Positions 11,681 to 25,410 of a stretch of 64,000 bases of DNA are shown one piece after another. The stretch lies in NCBI GenBank assembly GCA_024704765.1, contig JAKMXF010000111.1, positions 1,747,627-1,811,626 of the forward strand. The letters run 5' to 3'. The position numbers and the translations under genes were made by a program. Source of the stretch: Oopsacas minuta (Eukaryota > Animalia > Porifera). The stretch's first letter is position 1. Each line of letters opens with the position of its first letter. The notes under the pieces are model-generated. The model made no database searches. It was given only the letters and a program-made list of their open reading frames with translations, and was not told the DNA's origin.

Positions 11681-12105
11681 TAGGGTTAGGATCGTACGAC
11701 CATTGATCGCTCGATCACGATCGCGAAACTTTTTTGACGATCTGGCAACGATCGGCGATGATTGTTTTATTAAGGATCGGATGTAAGATCGCGATTCGTA
11801 TGTTGTACAAAATTTTGGGTATTTTTTCGATCATTTGTGTATACTTTGAAAGCTACTACATTAGGGTTATTAATACATAGGTAATTGTTCCAAATTTGTG
11901 TTCAACAATCAATAATATTCGTTCTTACAATGCGTTGATTCTCCACCTATGTTTATTTTGGCATAAGAAATGATGTAACTATCGAAAATATATGTATTGA
12001 ATAATATACAAACGATCGAAAAATGATCGAGATCGCCGATCAGAATTTCAGCTGAGATCGGGATCGGGATCGCGATCTTGTTCAACACGATCGACTAATA
12101 CCTTA
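11681..12105. mobile_element. Non-autonomous hAT-like element with GATC-rich interior
   Basis: 8-bp TSD CATATAAC at 11673-11680 and 12106-12113. Ends TAGGGTT... / ...TACCTTA, with many CGATC motifs inside. Confidence 0.7.
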
Positions 12106-12849
12106 CATATAACATAAATGCCAACCTTTGTCACATTAATCTTTGGAAACCATAATTAATTTTCTCTAGCGACGCTCGCTGGTCTAAGTAATCCATTTCC
12201 CTATAAAGATAAATATTGACAACTGACTCATCCAGCAATCCAACAAAACCACCTTTTAATGGCAGACTTGTGGATTTCATTTATCAAATCATTTGCAAAT
12301 GATGTATTTGATTTTTTCTACTAAAATTTGAATTGATATGATCTAAAAATTTACAACCGTGCGACAGCTTAGTCTATTAAGCAAATTTGTTTCAAAAGTG
12401 ACACAATAAATTAGAGGCACTATGTATAATGATATTAGAACCAACCTCTCATGGTGCCTCCAATTAACAGTGCCACTGTTTAAACAAATTTAATAAATAT
12501 ACAAGCTGCGATACAGGTTGTAATTCAATACTTTTCACCTACTCCACTCGGATATCAAATCCTTCAAACAATATATTACAATTTCTATGATCATCCTGTC
12601 ATTATAATGTTCAATTGTTTACAGTATCTATCGGTTGACTAAAGAATATTAATAGAAGGGAGTGTCTAAGGATTATTGCACAGTCATCAATAATAACATA
12701 TATGATCAATTTCAAGATTGCATTATAATTGTCAGAGACACTATTTTATTCCGCACGCTGTATATGCACCTCCCATATCTTATAATCTCATTGCTTGAGG
12801 GTTTGAATGTTTGTGCATTTTGAAGCATATGAATATTTTGATCCAAAAC

Positions 12850-13490
12850 TTTGTAGAACTTTGATTAAATTTTCTTATGTCGAACTTTGATCGAATGATG
12901 AAAAAGGCAAATTTTGACCAAAGTGCCACTAAAATGTCTTCAGTCGAAATTTGATTGAAAAATTGTAGAATCTTGATCGAAAAACAAGAATTTGATCGAA
13001 AAATTGTCGTGCTTCACGACACCACAATATTCAGGGGGCACCCTGACCCTCCATGTAATGCCACAATGGTCCGGACTCGACTGCTATCAATCTAAAACGT
13101 ACTAGCACCTATTATTATATTAATTAGAAACGAGAACCATTGGGAGGGCATTAGGGATTTAGTTTGTTACCTTACGGCTCTGTGAGTTAATTTTGTGTTC
13201 GTTACCAGTTATTAAGGGACAGGAGTGTGGAATTTATGCAAATTTTATGATTGGATGGAGTTTTATTGGATTGATTATTAGAAAAGTTTGAAATGGCGGA
13301 TTGTTGGATTGTTTGTTTTGTTTCCCCATTTTCTATCAAAGTTCTCACTTTTCGATCAATATTCTCGTTTTTGATCAAAGTTTTCTTTTTCGACCAAGAT
13401 TCGACAAATTTTCAATGAAAGTTCGACTGTAGACATTGTGGTAGAGCTTTTGATCAAAATTTTCCTTTTTAATAATTCGATCAAATTATA
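12850..13490. repeat. Diverged inverted-repeat pair built from TTTGATCGAAAA-like units
   Basis: About 12879-13009 aligns by eye with the reverse complement of about 13345-13490, with many mismatches and a spacer of about 330 bp. Confidence 0.6.
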
Positions 13491-14241
13491 CATATTCCCC
13501 TTCATTAGTCGATCACGATCCCAATCTTCAATTAAAAATGATCGAAGATCGTAATTCAGATCCTTGCACCAAAAAGGATCGCGATCACATTCACGATCAT
13601 TTTTCGATAACATTTCCGAATTTTATAAGCACCTCATATAGGGAGATGCTCTATTACATGCGGCAGTCCGTTCGTCCGGACGGCAATGCGAAATCTAGCA
13701 TTCCGATCGGCATAACAAATAGTACATACATTTTGGCGTCTAGAAATATAGCTAAATTATTGGCCATTTACACAAAGAGCAACTCGCTAGTAGAATTAAT
13801 TGGCTTGTGTAACCATAATTCTGATTAGAAATACTGTTTGATATGAATATGTATAATAGTAAATCAATATGAATTCTTGAGGCACCCATTAGGAGGTAGA
13901 AAAGTTACGCAAGCCGCGCAACCCAGCATGCGATGCTTTCTGGTTATAATTAACCCAATTTCTGCATAATATTGCGAAAGAATCTGGTAACTCATAGGGA
14001 AAACTTCATACGTATAATAATCAAAAAAGTTAATGTACGCTGGCAATCAGTCAAAATGTCAACCCTGGATTTTTTCGAGCTTCAACCTACAAGTACATGT
14101 TGCTTCCGAGTCCATTAAGAGCACTGAGATTTGTTAGTGACGTCATATCTTGGGGGCATTTTTGGTGCGAAATGTCGGTATACAGCATAAGCGAACGTGT
14201 ATACAGATTCAACATATTCTAGATAGCTTATAATACATATA

Positions 14242-15547
14242 CCGAGTGTTCAATAAGTTCGCGGAATCTATATGAAGTCCATCTAGTAGCGTTAATGTTA
14301 ATTAACCATAAGTAGTATAGCTAGCGAATGAATAGTAGATAAATTTTCAACATTCTAAGTAGTTTACTTTTCTGCTACACTCAATTTAGTAAAGTCATTT
14401 TCAACTTTTGAATTTTGAATAGAGAATTTGAATAATAGGGATTTTCGAGCCATAATGTTTTACAACTATAAACGTGGAATAAACGCTATGGAGTGCATCA
14501 CTGAGATGTTTTCTGTTTTTAGAGAACAGTCTCCAACCAAAACAAGCATTTACAAGTGTTACAGCCGATTTCGTTTGGGTTACATGTGCTTGGATGATGA
14601 TGATGTTCAAACCGGACGCCCGATTACGACGGCCACCGATGAAAATATCACTAAGGTGGAGGAACTGGTAGGAGAGGACAGACAAATTACTATCCGTCAG
14701 TTAGTTCACGATGCATCAGTATCATCGGGAACAATAGAAACAATCCTACACCAACACCTTGGTCTAAGAAGGGTTTTTCCAAGTTAGTCCCACATTTTCT
14801 AACTTTGGAGCAGAAAAATCGTCGGATCTAATTTTGTCGCTCTATGTTACTAAAGTACTCGAAAACGGATTCTAGGCGGCATTCAGAAGTAATAACGGGT
14901 GATGAAATTTGGGTCTACTTCTATGATACGCAAACGAAGCAACAGAGCTCTAAATGGATCTTTGAAGATGAGGTACCGAACACAATTCCCAAACGATTCA
15001 TGGCGGTAGGCAAGCGAATGTTCGCAATTTTCTTCACCACGAGAGAACTTCTTGAATTTGTGATGCTTCCAGCGAAGCATACAGTTACTGCAGCTTGGTA
15101 TACCGAATGTTGCCTTCCTAAAGTGTTCCAAGCAGTGGAGACGTTGAGACTAAAGTCTGGGATCCGTGGGATGAAATTTCATCATGATAATGCTCCAGCA
15201 CACACAGCCAGAAGGACCAAAGAGTTTCTTAAGCAATCAGGCTTAGAAATGATTGAACATCCACCTTACAGTTCAGATCTTGCCCCTTGTGACTTTTGGC
15301 TCTTCCCGAATCTAAAAAGACGACTAAAAGGCAGACATTTTGAATCAGAGTCCGAGCCAATCGCTGCGTTTTTAGAGGCAGTTGAGTGTATACCAGTAAA
15401 TAGCTATTCTAAGCTATTTGACATGTGGTTACATCGCTGTCAAAGGTGTATTGATGCTAATGGGGAGTATTTTGAACATTTATTATAGTACCTTGTTAGT
15501 TCACTGTAGTGGAAACATATTTTTCCGCGAACTTATTGAACACTCGG
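14242..15547 (+). mobile_element. mariner element (DD34D), full length
   Basis: Perfect 25-bp TIRs CCGAGTGTTCAATAAGTTCGCGGAA with TA on both sides; 1306 bp. Confidence 0.95.
14428..15488 (+). pseudogene. mariner transposase with a single frameshift near 14780
   Basis: HTH N-terminus, then VITGDEIWV, FHHDNAPAH and HPPYSSDLAPCDFWLF, with 34 residues between the second and third Asp. Confidence 0.92.
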
Positions 15548-16228
15548 TAATAGTATAATATTGACTTCTCGTGCTATCATTCATCAACTTCGACCTAGGT
15601 AGGAAAATAAGCGCACCCCCCAATTGTGGGAGACCCAACGTAATAGGAAATTCAAATTTGTATTTGGGGGTGTACACTAAATTTGGAGGAGCAGCCCATA
15701 TTGAAGGCAAAAATTTAAATAAATGGGGGGGGCCCACAAAAACAGAAGCTTACATTCAATACGTTAATACAATGACTACCAACTCATCGATACATTATTC
15801 CCATTCAATAAAATTAGTTGATTTTTCCAACTCAATATGAGTAGATAAAGTCCTGGTATGGTCAATTCATTTACGTGTAACACAAGTGCAGCGAGGAAAT
15901 GAAATAGTACAATGGGAATTCAGGTGGAAATAGGATAAATTCTACAGAGTCAAACATAGGCATACAACAAAACGATCGTATATTCTCTACAAACTATCGT
16001 ATGTTCATTTTTAGAAGCCATACTACCTTTGTACAACTAAGTTTTCCCAAGCACAAAAATGAAACTGTGCAAACTTTAGGTTACAGTAAAAGATGGCCAA
16101 AACCTTCCATTCGTAATCTGATTTTTCGTTAATGAAATAAAAACATAATTTTAATTCATCAACGATGTAATCTTTACTTATCCCTTTATCCCAAACTGAA
16201 AATATTTATGTTGCCAATATTTAAGTTA

Positions 16229-17544
16229 TCAGGGCGTTCAATAAATCTTGCGGGTCATGATATATCTAAGGAATTAATCAAGTAATATATCTAACTTTCA
16301 TATATTATAAGCCCATATAGTTAAACTCCATACTGAAAGCTTCAAGATTATTCAATACAAATGATAAATTTTTGAGATAGTTACGCGTAATTAATTTATA
16401 CCCACTGTTCAATTTATCGCTTCAAAGGATGATAATTTCAACCTCAAATGGCGAGCTGACATAGAGTTTCGCACAATACTCAAGATCCAGCCCGTACAGA
16501 TCTTCAGTGAGTTACAGGAGATATTGTACGTGATTGTCCTTCCAGATCTACTGTAGAGCGATGGGCTGCCAGTTTTAGATCTGGTGATGCTGATGTCACA
16601 GATTTGCCTCGATCTGGAAAACCGGTATCCGCCACCACTTCAGAGAATATCGCACTCATTGAAAGTATGGTCATGGAAGACAAGTGCATTACTGTCAATC
16701 AGTTAGAACAAAGAATGGAGATTTCATCGGGAGCTATTCATACAATTCTGACGACTGAGCTTGGCTACCGATCGATTTGTGGGAAATGGGTCCCGCATAA
16801 GCTGAGTGAGAATCAAAGGTTGGCACGATTGAATATTGCCAAGAAACTCTTGGAAACTTATGAGAACTGCGATTCTAGGCGCCTAACAGAGATTATTACT
16901 GGTGACGAGATGTGGGTATACTATTCAACACCATATAGCAAGTATAAGAAGCGATCATGGGTGAGGGGCGACGAACAACCGGCGAAAATTCCTAGGCTCG
17001 ACTTCAGAACCTAAGATTATGTATACCATCTTCTTCAGTAGTCATGGAATTGTCTTGCAATTACCTTGTAAGAGTAGCAAGGCTGTTACTGCTACTTTCT
17101 TTAGAGAGCAAGTGCTTCCAAATTTGATAAAATATAGAAAAGTACCTCCCGAAAACCGGAACTCGAGGAATGAAGATTTTAATTGATAACGCCAGTTCCC
17201 ATACAGCTAAGCTTGCAAAAATTTCTTGGATGTAGAAGTGTTAGAATTACTCCTCCATCCACCATACTCACCAGACCTAGTCCCGTGTGATTTTTGGCTA
17301 TTACCCAAGCTTAAATCTACCTTCAAAGCAAAGATTTTAACACATTACAAGCACTCGGTACCAGCACTTCAAATCCATCCCCGAAGAAGAGTACAGAAAT
17401 GTGTTTTACAAGTGGGTGGAAAGGTTAAAACTTTGTGTATCTGCAGGAGGGGATTACTTTGAATGAATAATATAGTGAATTAGTGTGTATAGTGTTTGTA
17501 TCATATTCTATGATATCACCCGCAAGACTTATTGAACCCCCTAG
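16229..17544 (+). mobile_element. mariner element with degraded transposase (about 16448-17476)
   Basis: Imperfect TIRs (..AGGGCGTTCAATAAATCTTGCGGGT / ..AGGGGGTTCAATAAGTCTTGCGGGT) with TA flanks. Motifs WVPHKL, IITGDEMWV, DNASSH and HPPYSPDLVPCDFW; several frameshifts and stops. Confidence 0.9.
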
Positions 17545-17864
17545 TATATATATTCCGTACGATGGTCGTACATACAATATGTTAATTCTTTGAGACTTGC
17601 TGCAGATCATGTATTCATTATCTCCATTGAATTTAGTGTACTATCAACCTAGGATAGAATATTGATATATTGATTCGAATGTGCCGTATAGACTTATAGA
17701 TTCCTACACACGATAACGCAGGCCAACAAAGGGTATTCATTATAAGATATTCAATGTTGTCGATCAATTTGTATGAGCTGATTGCAAATTTCAAGTCGAA
17801 TTTCATACTTCACGTCACAATTCTATTTTATTGAACTATAAAATCCATAAAAAGTTTCGAGATA

Positions 17865-19913
17865 CAGTAGAAGCTCGCAAACCGGGGCACCTTCCATCAA
17901 TTTTGGTTTTTCCCACCTAAATTTCTCTCCCAAACCGGGGCAAAGCTCGCAAACCGGGCGCCTTGTTTCCATTGTATCTGTGCCCTTAGTCTTCATTGTA
18001 TCCAGCCCTTAGGATGCACTAAGCTGTATAAATTGTAGCCAATCAATTCTGGACAACAAATCGTTGAACAGAGAACAACCAAATTTTATTAACTGCCTAG
18101 TTTTCATTTTTACTATAAAAACTACATGTCTACTATCAAATCTTCACACAAGTCTGCCCTAACCATCGAACAACGACACAATGCTCTTAGGATGTTGGAT
18201 GATGGCAAGAGTGAGCGTATAGTGGCTGAATTCTTCAATGTGGGTAAAGGAACAATTAACCGTATCAAATCTATTCGCGTGGCCATTCAGTTACATATAG
18301 ACGAAACAGGTGAAATCCCTGAGAACATCAGGAAACGAAAGCACCCTGTTGTTGTTCCCATGTACGAAGATATCGAGACTGCTGTTATTGAATTCCTGAA
18401 ATTAGCACGAGATCGAGGAATGGCCGTACCTGGCCCTATGCTTCGTATCCTAGCTGAGAGAGAAGCTAGTGCAAATGGAGTGGAGGGATTTAAGGCTTCA
18501 GAGGGATGGCTTTCTAGAATGAAGGCGCGTCATGGAATCTGCGGAAGAGCACTTAGCGGTGATGCAGCAGATGTTGAAAAGGTGGTTCTCAAGAATTGGG
18601 AAGAGGACTTGCCTAGGATTATTGGGTCTTATAAGCCGGAAGATATCTATAACCTAGATGAAACTGGGTTATATTTCAGGGCAACAACCACCAAGTCCCT
18701 TGTTCTTCCTAAAGATACCGCTCATGGTATTAAACAGGACAATCTCGCCTCACTCTCATGGTCTGTACATTCATGCTTGGTGAAAAAGAGAAACTACTCT
18801 TGATATGGAAGAGCGAGAAACTAAGGGCTTTGAAAGGTGCAGACATGTCCAAATTACCTGTTGTGTACAAGGCTCAGAGGAAGGCATGGATGACTGGTCT
18901 TATATTTTGCTCTTGGATGAAGGACTTCGACAACAGAATGTACAAATCAGGTAGGAAAATCCTAATGTTCATGGACAATGCAAGTGTCCACAAAGCCTCT
19001 GATGAGCTTAGTTTAAAGGCAGTGCAACTCGTATATTTCCCTTGCAACATCACGAGTTGTACTCAACCATTATATGCCGGTTTATCCAGTCTCTCAAATT
19101 GCTATATCGTAAACAGGTGCATGAGCATCTATTGACACATATGGTGAATATTGACACCATAAATAAACCCAACGATGACCCTTACAAATGATTGCAATAG
19201 CCCTTGCTATAGTTTGGGCATCTCGAGCCTGGAATCAAGGCAATGCCCGAACGATCTCCAAATGGTTTTCAAAGTGCGGGTTTGGAGTTGCGACTGTCGT
19301 CCTCGAGCTATCCATGATCATAAATCCAGAGGAGATTCAAATTCAGATAGAAGAAAATGACGAATGCGGGATTTTTCCCCTCTGTAATCAGTCCTGAAGG
19401 GCTCTTGGAGGAAGCATTAATTAATGAGACCCAAGGTTAAACGTCCATGACATAGATTGTGGAATTGAATGCAAGTCTGAGGGTGATTTGTCTGAAGCTT
19501 TTCCTATCCCGACTTCAAAATCCGCACTAGAAGCAATTCAAGTGCTTCAGATGTATGCCTTGGGTTGTGGTGATGAGGAAGTTCTTGGGGGAAAATTTAA
19601 GCTTGAAAACTACTTGTTGGTAGTAGCTGCAAGACACACCCAAGAACAAAAACAGTCCCAAATTAGTGACTACTTCGCCAGCGATCATAAGTAAGCCCAA
19701 TATTGGTTCGAATATTCGACTATATTACCATTAATTGACTAGCAAAATAGATATTGGTTGAAATAATCTATTAAAAATGTAGTCATGTCTATTTAAGTGA
19801 AAAGAAATCTAGACTGTAGCATAATCCAAATTCATTTTGAAAATATTGTGAAGCTCGCAAACCGGGGCACTTTTCAGAAACGCCAAGGTGCCCCGGTTTG
19901 CGAGCTTCTACTG
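17865..19913 (+). mobile_element. pogo/Tigger element, full length
   Basis: Perfect 28-bp TIRs CAGTAGAAGCTCGCAAACCGGGGCACCT with TA flanks. Internal repeats of AAGCTCGCAAACCGGG occur near 17944 and 19851. Confidence 0.95.
18126..19694 (+). pseudogene. Tigger/CENP-B-like transposase pseudogene
   Basis: HTH_psq and CENPB HTH (FKASEGWLSRMKARHGI), IYNLDETGLYF, KAWMT and LMFMDNASVH; several frameshifts. Confidence 0.9.
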
Positions 19914-20899
19914 TAGCACTACATTAATCTCAATTCAGAAACATCATAACATGTTTATTCATCTGCCATTTTAATTATTTTTGCATTAGGAACTACATAT
20001 AGAAAACCCTCAGATCTTATAGATCAATACATTATTCTTCCTATTTAGGAAATAGACGATCCTCAATTATAGGATCTCTGGATCCCGATCACGATCCCGA
20101 TCATAGCTGAAAATATGATCGGCGTTCCCGGTTCCGATCATACATTCTAAAAGGATATACGATCCGATCACGATCCAATTTACGATCGTCTAATATTCTA
20201 ATTGATGATCCATTTTTTGAAATAAAGTTGAATATTTTGAATACTATAGCTAGACTCTCGATTATAAGTTATAATATGAATATCTATATATTTATGTATA
20301 CAAGGGCGCGGTACGATTTATACTTTTCTCGATCCGGCCTAATTACATACTAGTGCTTATTAATATATGGTCAGTTAAGAAAAATATTATAGGTGACAAT
20401 AATTTCCGGACACCCTGCACACTAACCGAACATAAATATATCAACACATCTAAATGTACAGTTGCATATCCTGGATATACGGCGAATATTTGAAAATCCA
20501 TAAATAGCATAACTGAAAGAACTATACAGTATTAATAAACATTATCCCGACTAAATCCATTAATATATATTTAATTAGATTTTTGGTAAGCTCACTCTGC
20601 TCATTATATAGATAATGGGCTAATTACATATTCAATTCATAATTGCACAATATTCAAATGAGATGGCATAATTCTGATGGTATTTTTAAATTCTATGGGT
20701 CTATATTACCCCTATATGAATATTTCGAGGTTTACAACAAAAGTTCTTGACGAATTAGCGTATTCATATTTGCGCCACTTGTAGCACGAGTGAAAATTTC
20801 AAATATGATTGCGCCACTTCGGATGTGAATAAAAATGTTGCAATAATCGAAGCATTTCAAACTATCAAAATATTTGCAAGTCACTTTAGAGAATATGAG

Positions 20900-21870
20900 A
20901 TGATTTTCATACTGTATTCCATCCTGGCGCCAATATCATAGAGATGTGTCACTTCTGCAACATGTGGCACAAAAATGTAGATGCAAAATAGTACTTTTCC
21001 TCCTAATGTCCAATTTACAATATGGGATGATAATATGATAATTTCTGCTTTGCCTTGTTATTCTTCTATTCCTTCTGGAAAGTAGGCAAAATAATTACAT
21101 CATATTTAGAGGTAGGAGATTATTGAGAGCTTTGTAAATAGAAGTAGATGCTAAGAATTTATTCCTCTGCGGAAATGGTATAATCTATAGTCGATGGAAC
21201 AATGGGGGAGAACTTGGCGAGTCATGAAGAATCATTCTTATTCTTCATGTTCTTAAGATGATTATCTACTATAACTCACAGAAGCTTATGACTCTCAACA
21301 CTTTTATTGATTTTACTTTGAAGACAAGCTTCAGGGATTTCTCAGTAAAATTGCAAATCTTTGATAGGTTGTAATGACCATACAGCAAGTTTTTCAAGAT
21401 TCAATACCATTTTGTTGTCATTGCACCATTCCGATATTTGATATAGAAGTGGGACTATGCATCTTCTAGCTTCCTACTCCCTGTTGTCAGGGTAGTCATT
21501 TACAAAGAGAGTTGTCAATGAATGTTACCGTTAAGAGAAGATCATCAACAAACAATAGAAAAAGTGGAGGTCCATTTATCGAGCCTTGTGGCACTCCATA
21601 TTTCACAAATTTCTCTTCAGATAATAGTGATTTAAATTGAACTTGTTCACACCTATTAGCAGATAAGAAGTCATCCAGTTAATGGAAACCTGCCAAAGTG
21701 ATAGAGCTCTTATTTCTTAATTAACACATTGACTAGGACAAAAGATTCCCTAAAGCCCAAGCATAATACACCATCTAGGTAACCAAGTTCTATATTCATT
21801 GTCCATTCATTAAGGAGTTTATTCAAAGCTGTTTGACAGGAATGGAGTCTTCTGAAGCCAGATTAAAGAA
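20900..21870 (-). pseudogene. LINE (CR1/L2/Jockey-type) reverse transcriptase remnant
   Basis: Manual translation gives KYGVPQGSINGPPLFLLFVDDL (about 21550-21610) and MVLNLEKTCCM (about 21380-21410). Heavily degraded; boundaries are approximate. Confidence 0.7.
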
Positions 21871-22355
21871 TCATAAATTAATTAATGTGATAAAATTGAT
21901 CTATTTACTCGTGAACATGCCTCTGAATTGTTATACTTAATTTTGAAAGCACAGACTATATACTACATTTTTGGAGGATGAGTGAACTCTAACTCTTTCT
22001 AGACATTTCGGAAAATACGAGTGTGAAGTTAGCAGACTATTCGACCATGTTACTTCAATCACTAATTTAATCCATTTCCACTTATCAGATTATAACGAAA
22101 TTAATCTCATTCTATTGAAAAGAATTCAACGTTTTACGCAATACGATTTTGTGTAAAGGGATTTACATTTTATAGGAGTTTAATGATCAATTACCCATGT
22201 AACGAATTCTTAAAATACACCTCCTAAATATCAGAATTCGATTCTGAAAATTTGTACACACATTTGTGCCATATGAACGTTTATAAAATTAAATTTCATT
22301 AAAAAATATTGAAAACTCGCGGGTTATGACCATTCAAATTTTTAGTTGGTAGTGG

Positions 22356-25300
22356 TGTTTTGACGAAAATGATCCCCCTATTGTGCAATAAATTTCTGTT
22401 ATATCATTGTGGTATGAAATCATATAATGCTATTCATTATAATCGTGATACGACACAATCGGTGATGTTTCTATTTAATGAATAATACACAAATATTAAA
22501 CGTTTAGGAATTATTTTTTGTAATTTTTGTAAGAAATAATTGATATTATTTACGCGGCCTATAAAGTTAGTTTAATTTCGGCTTTCCATCCCATCATAAG
22601 AGTACCAAATACCATTATATTTAACTCTCATAGAAAAATGTATGCCCATAGAGATAGTAAAGGCAATCAGCGAGTAGTGCAACAATTCATCTCTGTGTGG
22701 TACTGACATTGTGTCGTTGATATCGCATACGCGGACATTTTGAATCAGATGACCAACCTCGAGAATGAACATGGGTGATTTTTCTGTGAATTCATTTGAT
22801 AACAATTCAATGATGGCACCTGAATCTCGACATTTTAAGCAAGAATGACAAGAAGAATTTGATTGTAAATGGAAGTTTGACAATCAGAGGCAAACTTTGT
22901 CAGACAAGCGAGATTAACTTGTTTTTCAGACTGGAAACAGCAGCTCCAGCACTGAAAGGTTATAATGTACTTATCTGAACATATAGATAGACCCTTGCAC
23001 AAGAGCTGAATTACTTGTCCCTCGTAGCCCAAGAGGTTAAACTGCGAATTCACGAGTGGTATCCCGAGCATTTGAGAAATCTCGAATCTGACTTGATCAA
23101 ATTGACGTCTGTGAATTAGTGATAGAAATTATTCGAGATTCGAATTGGGAGAGGATTGTATGAGGTTGAAAGTTGTGGAAAGCGCATCTCTATGTAAGCT
23201 AAGTAATGTAACGAAGTTATCCATAGGGCATGTATTAACTAATTCAATTCCATGAACATAGCCACCCCAAGTAACACACAAATCTTCAAGGGATTGGTCT
23301 GATAGAAAATGTGCTTGTAACGAGAGTTGAGGCACGGATAACTCCTTTTCAGATTTAGGACTATTTATCATCATCACAGACAAAACCGGATATAGGACCT
23401 TTGTAATATAATCCATGCTTTTTTGTTGCCCCTTTGTGGATAACTCAAAGTCTTCTTTTGTATATTGGAGTATAGGTATTTTGGTTTCAAAACTTTCTAA
23501 GTACCATTGAATTAATATTTCAGTAACTTCGTGACTTGTGTCTAAAGTCATCAATCTAGTTTCAGGAATCTTAGTAGAAGGAAAATGTTCTTGGCTCCAT
23601 TCGAGTAAATTCTTAAAGGAAAAATTCTGTCTTTTCTCAAGTTCTCGATGGAAATCGTTAAGTGGGCTATTCGTCTTAATGGATTCTATTATGCGATCTT
23701 TCATTGAATTGAGAAATTCGAATACTTCTTCTCGTGATTTTCGTATGACATTGGCTTCAAACGTTGACTCTTCAGCCCCAGTAAAAGGAGACGAAGGAAT
23801 CATAAGATCTTCATCTGATATTTCATGTTGGATATTATTCTCATCACTTTGGCTGTCTAAATGACCCTTGTTTGGTAGCGCATGTATGGCTTTTTTGGGG
23901 ATTTTGTAAAGTTTGACTTTTGATCTCTTCACACATCTAGTAGCTTTATTTCGGAGAATCTGAACTGTACTACGATTCACTTTAGTCACAGGGTATCGAC
24001 CAATCCATTTATCCAGCAACTTTCCGCCCTTTTTACTTCGATAAACATTCTCAATCAATACATTATCCCCTATCTCAAGTTTCCTGGATGAAACTGGGTT
24101 CAATTTCTTGTCAAACTGCTGCTTTATCAGGTTTTGTGAATGTAATAGCTGTTCTCCAGCTATTTGACTATTCGACTCATGGGCTTCTTGCATGAAATCT
24201 ATCAATTTTTCAAACTGGTGCTCTCCACCCCACTGATCTAGGATACTGTCTTCTGGATGCTGATAGTCCTGGTTTTGTGCTTCGGTAGGGAGTCGAGCTT
24301 TTCGAGATCCATGTATCAACTCAAAAGCTGAGAAATTTGTTGTTGCCCTTTGTCTAATATTGATAGAGAATGTAATCTCTTCTAGGAAAAGTGACCAGTT
24401 TTCATTCTTTTCTTCTAACGATTTAACTAGAGCCTGTTTGATAGCTTTATGAGACGATTCAACTAACTCATTAGTCTACGGATGGTAAGGAGTAGAAAAG
24501 ATTAGCTTGGTATTATAAGTTTCATGCAATGCGCGACAAATATTATTCTTGAATTCAGTTCCGTTATCTGTAATTATTCGAACGGGGGCTCCCTGTCTAC
24601 AATATATCGAGTGGATTCCCCTTGCAACTTCCGTGGCTTCTTTAGATTTGAGTGGACGGGTTTCTATCCACCTGGTGAAATGATCAATCATGCTCAAAAT
24701 ATGTTTGTAGCCATTTGATTCGATAAGCGGACCTGTTAGGTCCATTCCTACACGATACCATACTTTTGTAATGATTGGCAAAGGTTTCAGAGGAGTAGTA
24801 GGACTGTTTAAGCTTGATTGGTTCTTTTGACAGCGAACACATGTAGTGACATAATTTTCAATATCTTTGTACATACTGGGCCAATAGTATCGGCCTTTTG
24901 CTATATTACATGTGTATCTAGCACATTGGTGCCCAGAATTATCATAAATCTCTTTGAGAATTCCCTCCAACTCATTGTGTCTGATAACCAATAACTGACA
25001 TCCTTCTAAGGATCTGAAAAGTTTTCCTGCCACTAATTCGTACCTCTTAGCTTTCTTGCGAATGATTCTCTTCTGTTCCTTAGTAGAATGTAGAGGGTAT
25101 GATTTTGAATCTAGATAATTTGAAATTGCTTCGTACTCAATAGAGTCCATACTGCTGTGTAGAGGAATTCTATTTTATTTTTCACTGTTTTTGAGCTACT
25201 GACAAAGCTTTTATGCTTCTGTAAACCACTACAATATACTTACTCACCACTACACAAATATAACCATCGCAGGCCCTATATTATTCATTAAATAGAAACA

Positions 25301-25410
25301 TCACCGATTGTGTCGTATCACGATTATAATGAATAGCATTATATGATTTCATACCACAATGATATAACAGAAATTTATTGCACAATAGGGGGATCATTTT
25401 CGTCAAAACA
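22356..25410 (-). mobile_element. Ginger (Ginger1-like) DNA transposon
   Basis: 132-bp TIRs (22356-22487 / 25279-25410) with TGT...ACA ends and a 4-bp TSD GTGG on both sides. It encodes a Gypsy-like integrase with no RT or gag. Confidence 0.92.
22572..25150 (-). pseudogene. Ginger integrase-like transposase with a long C-terminal extension (putative USP-like protease)
   Basis: ORFs 25150-24476, 24319-23129 and 23071-22835 are in one frame, split by single stops at 24476 and 23129; one frameshift lies near 22880. Motifs: H2C2 finger (SGHQ..YYW..CVRC), VGMDLTGP, IITDNGTEF, E at 35-residue spacing (TNELVE) and a GPY/F-like module KLLDKWIGRY. Confidence 0.88.

Noticed and set aside
23129-25150. 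Interpretation of the integrase as a Gypsy LTR retrotransposon pol remnant
   Set aside because: There is no RT, RNase H or LTR. The ORF starts at the integrase and is enclosed by 132-bp TIRs with a 4-bp TSD.
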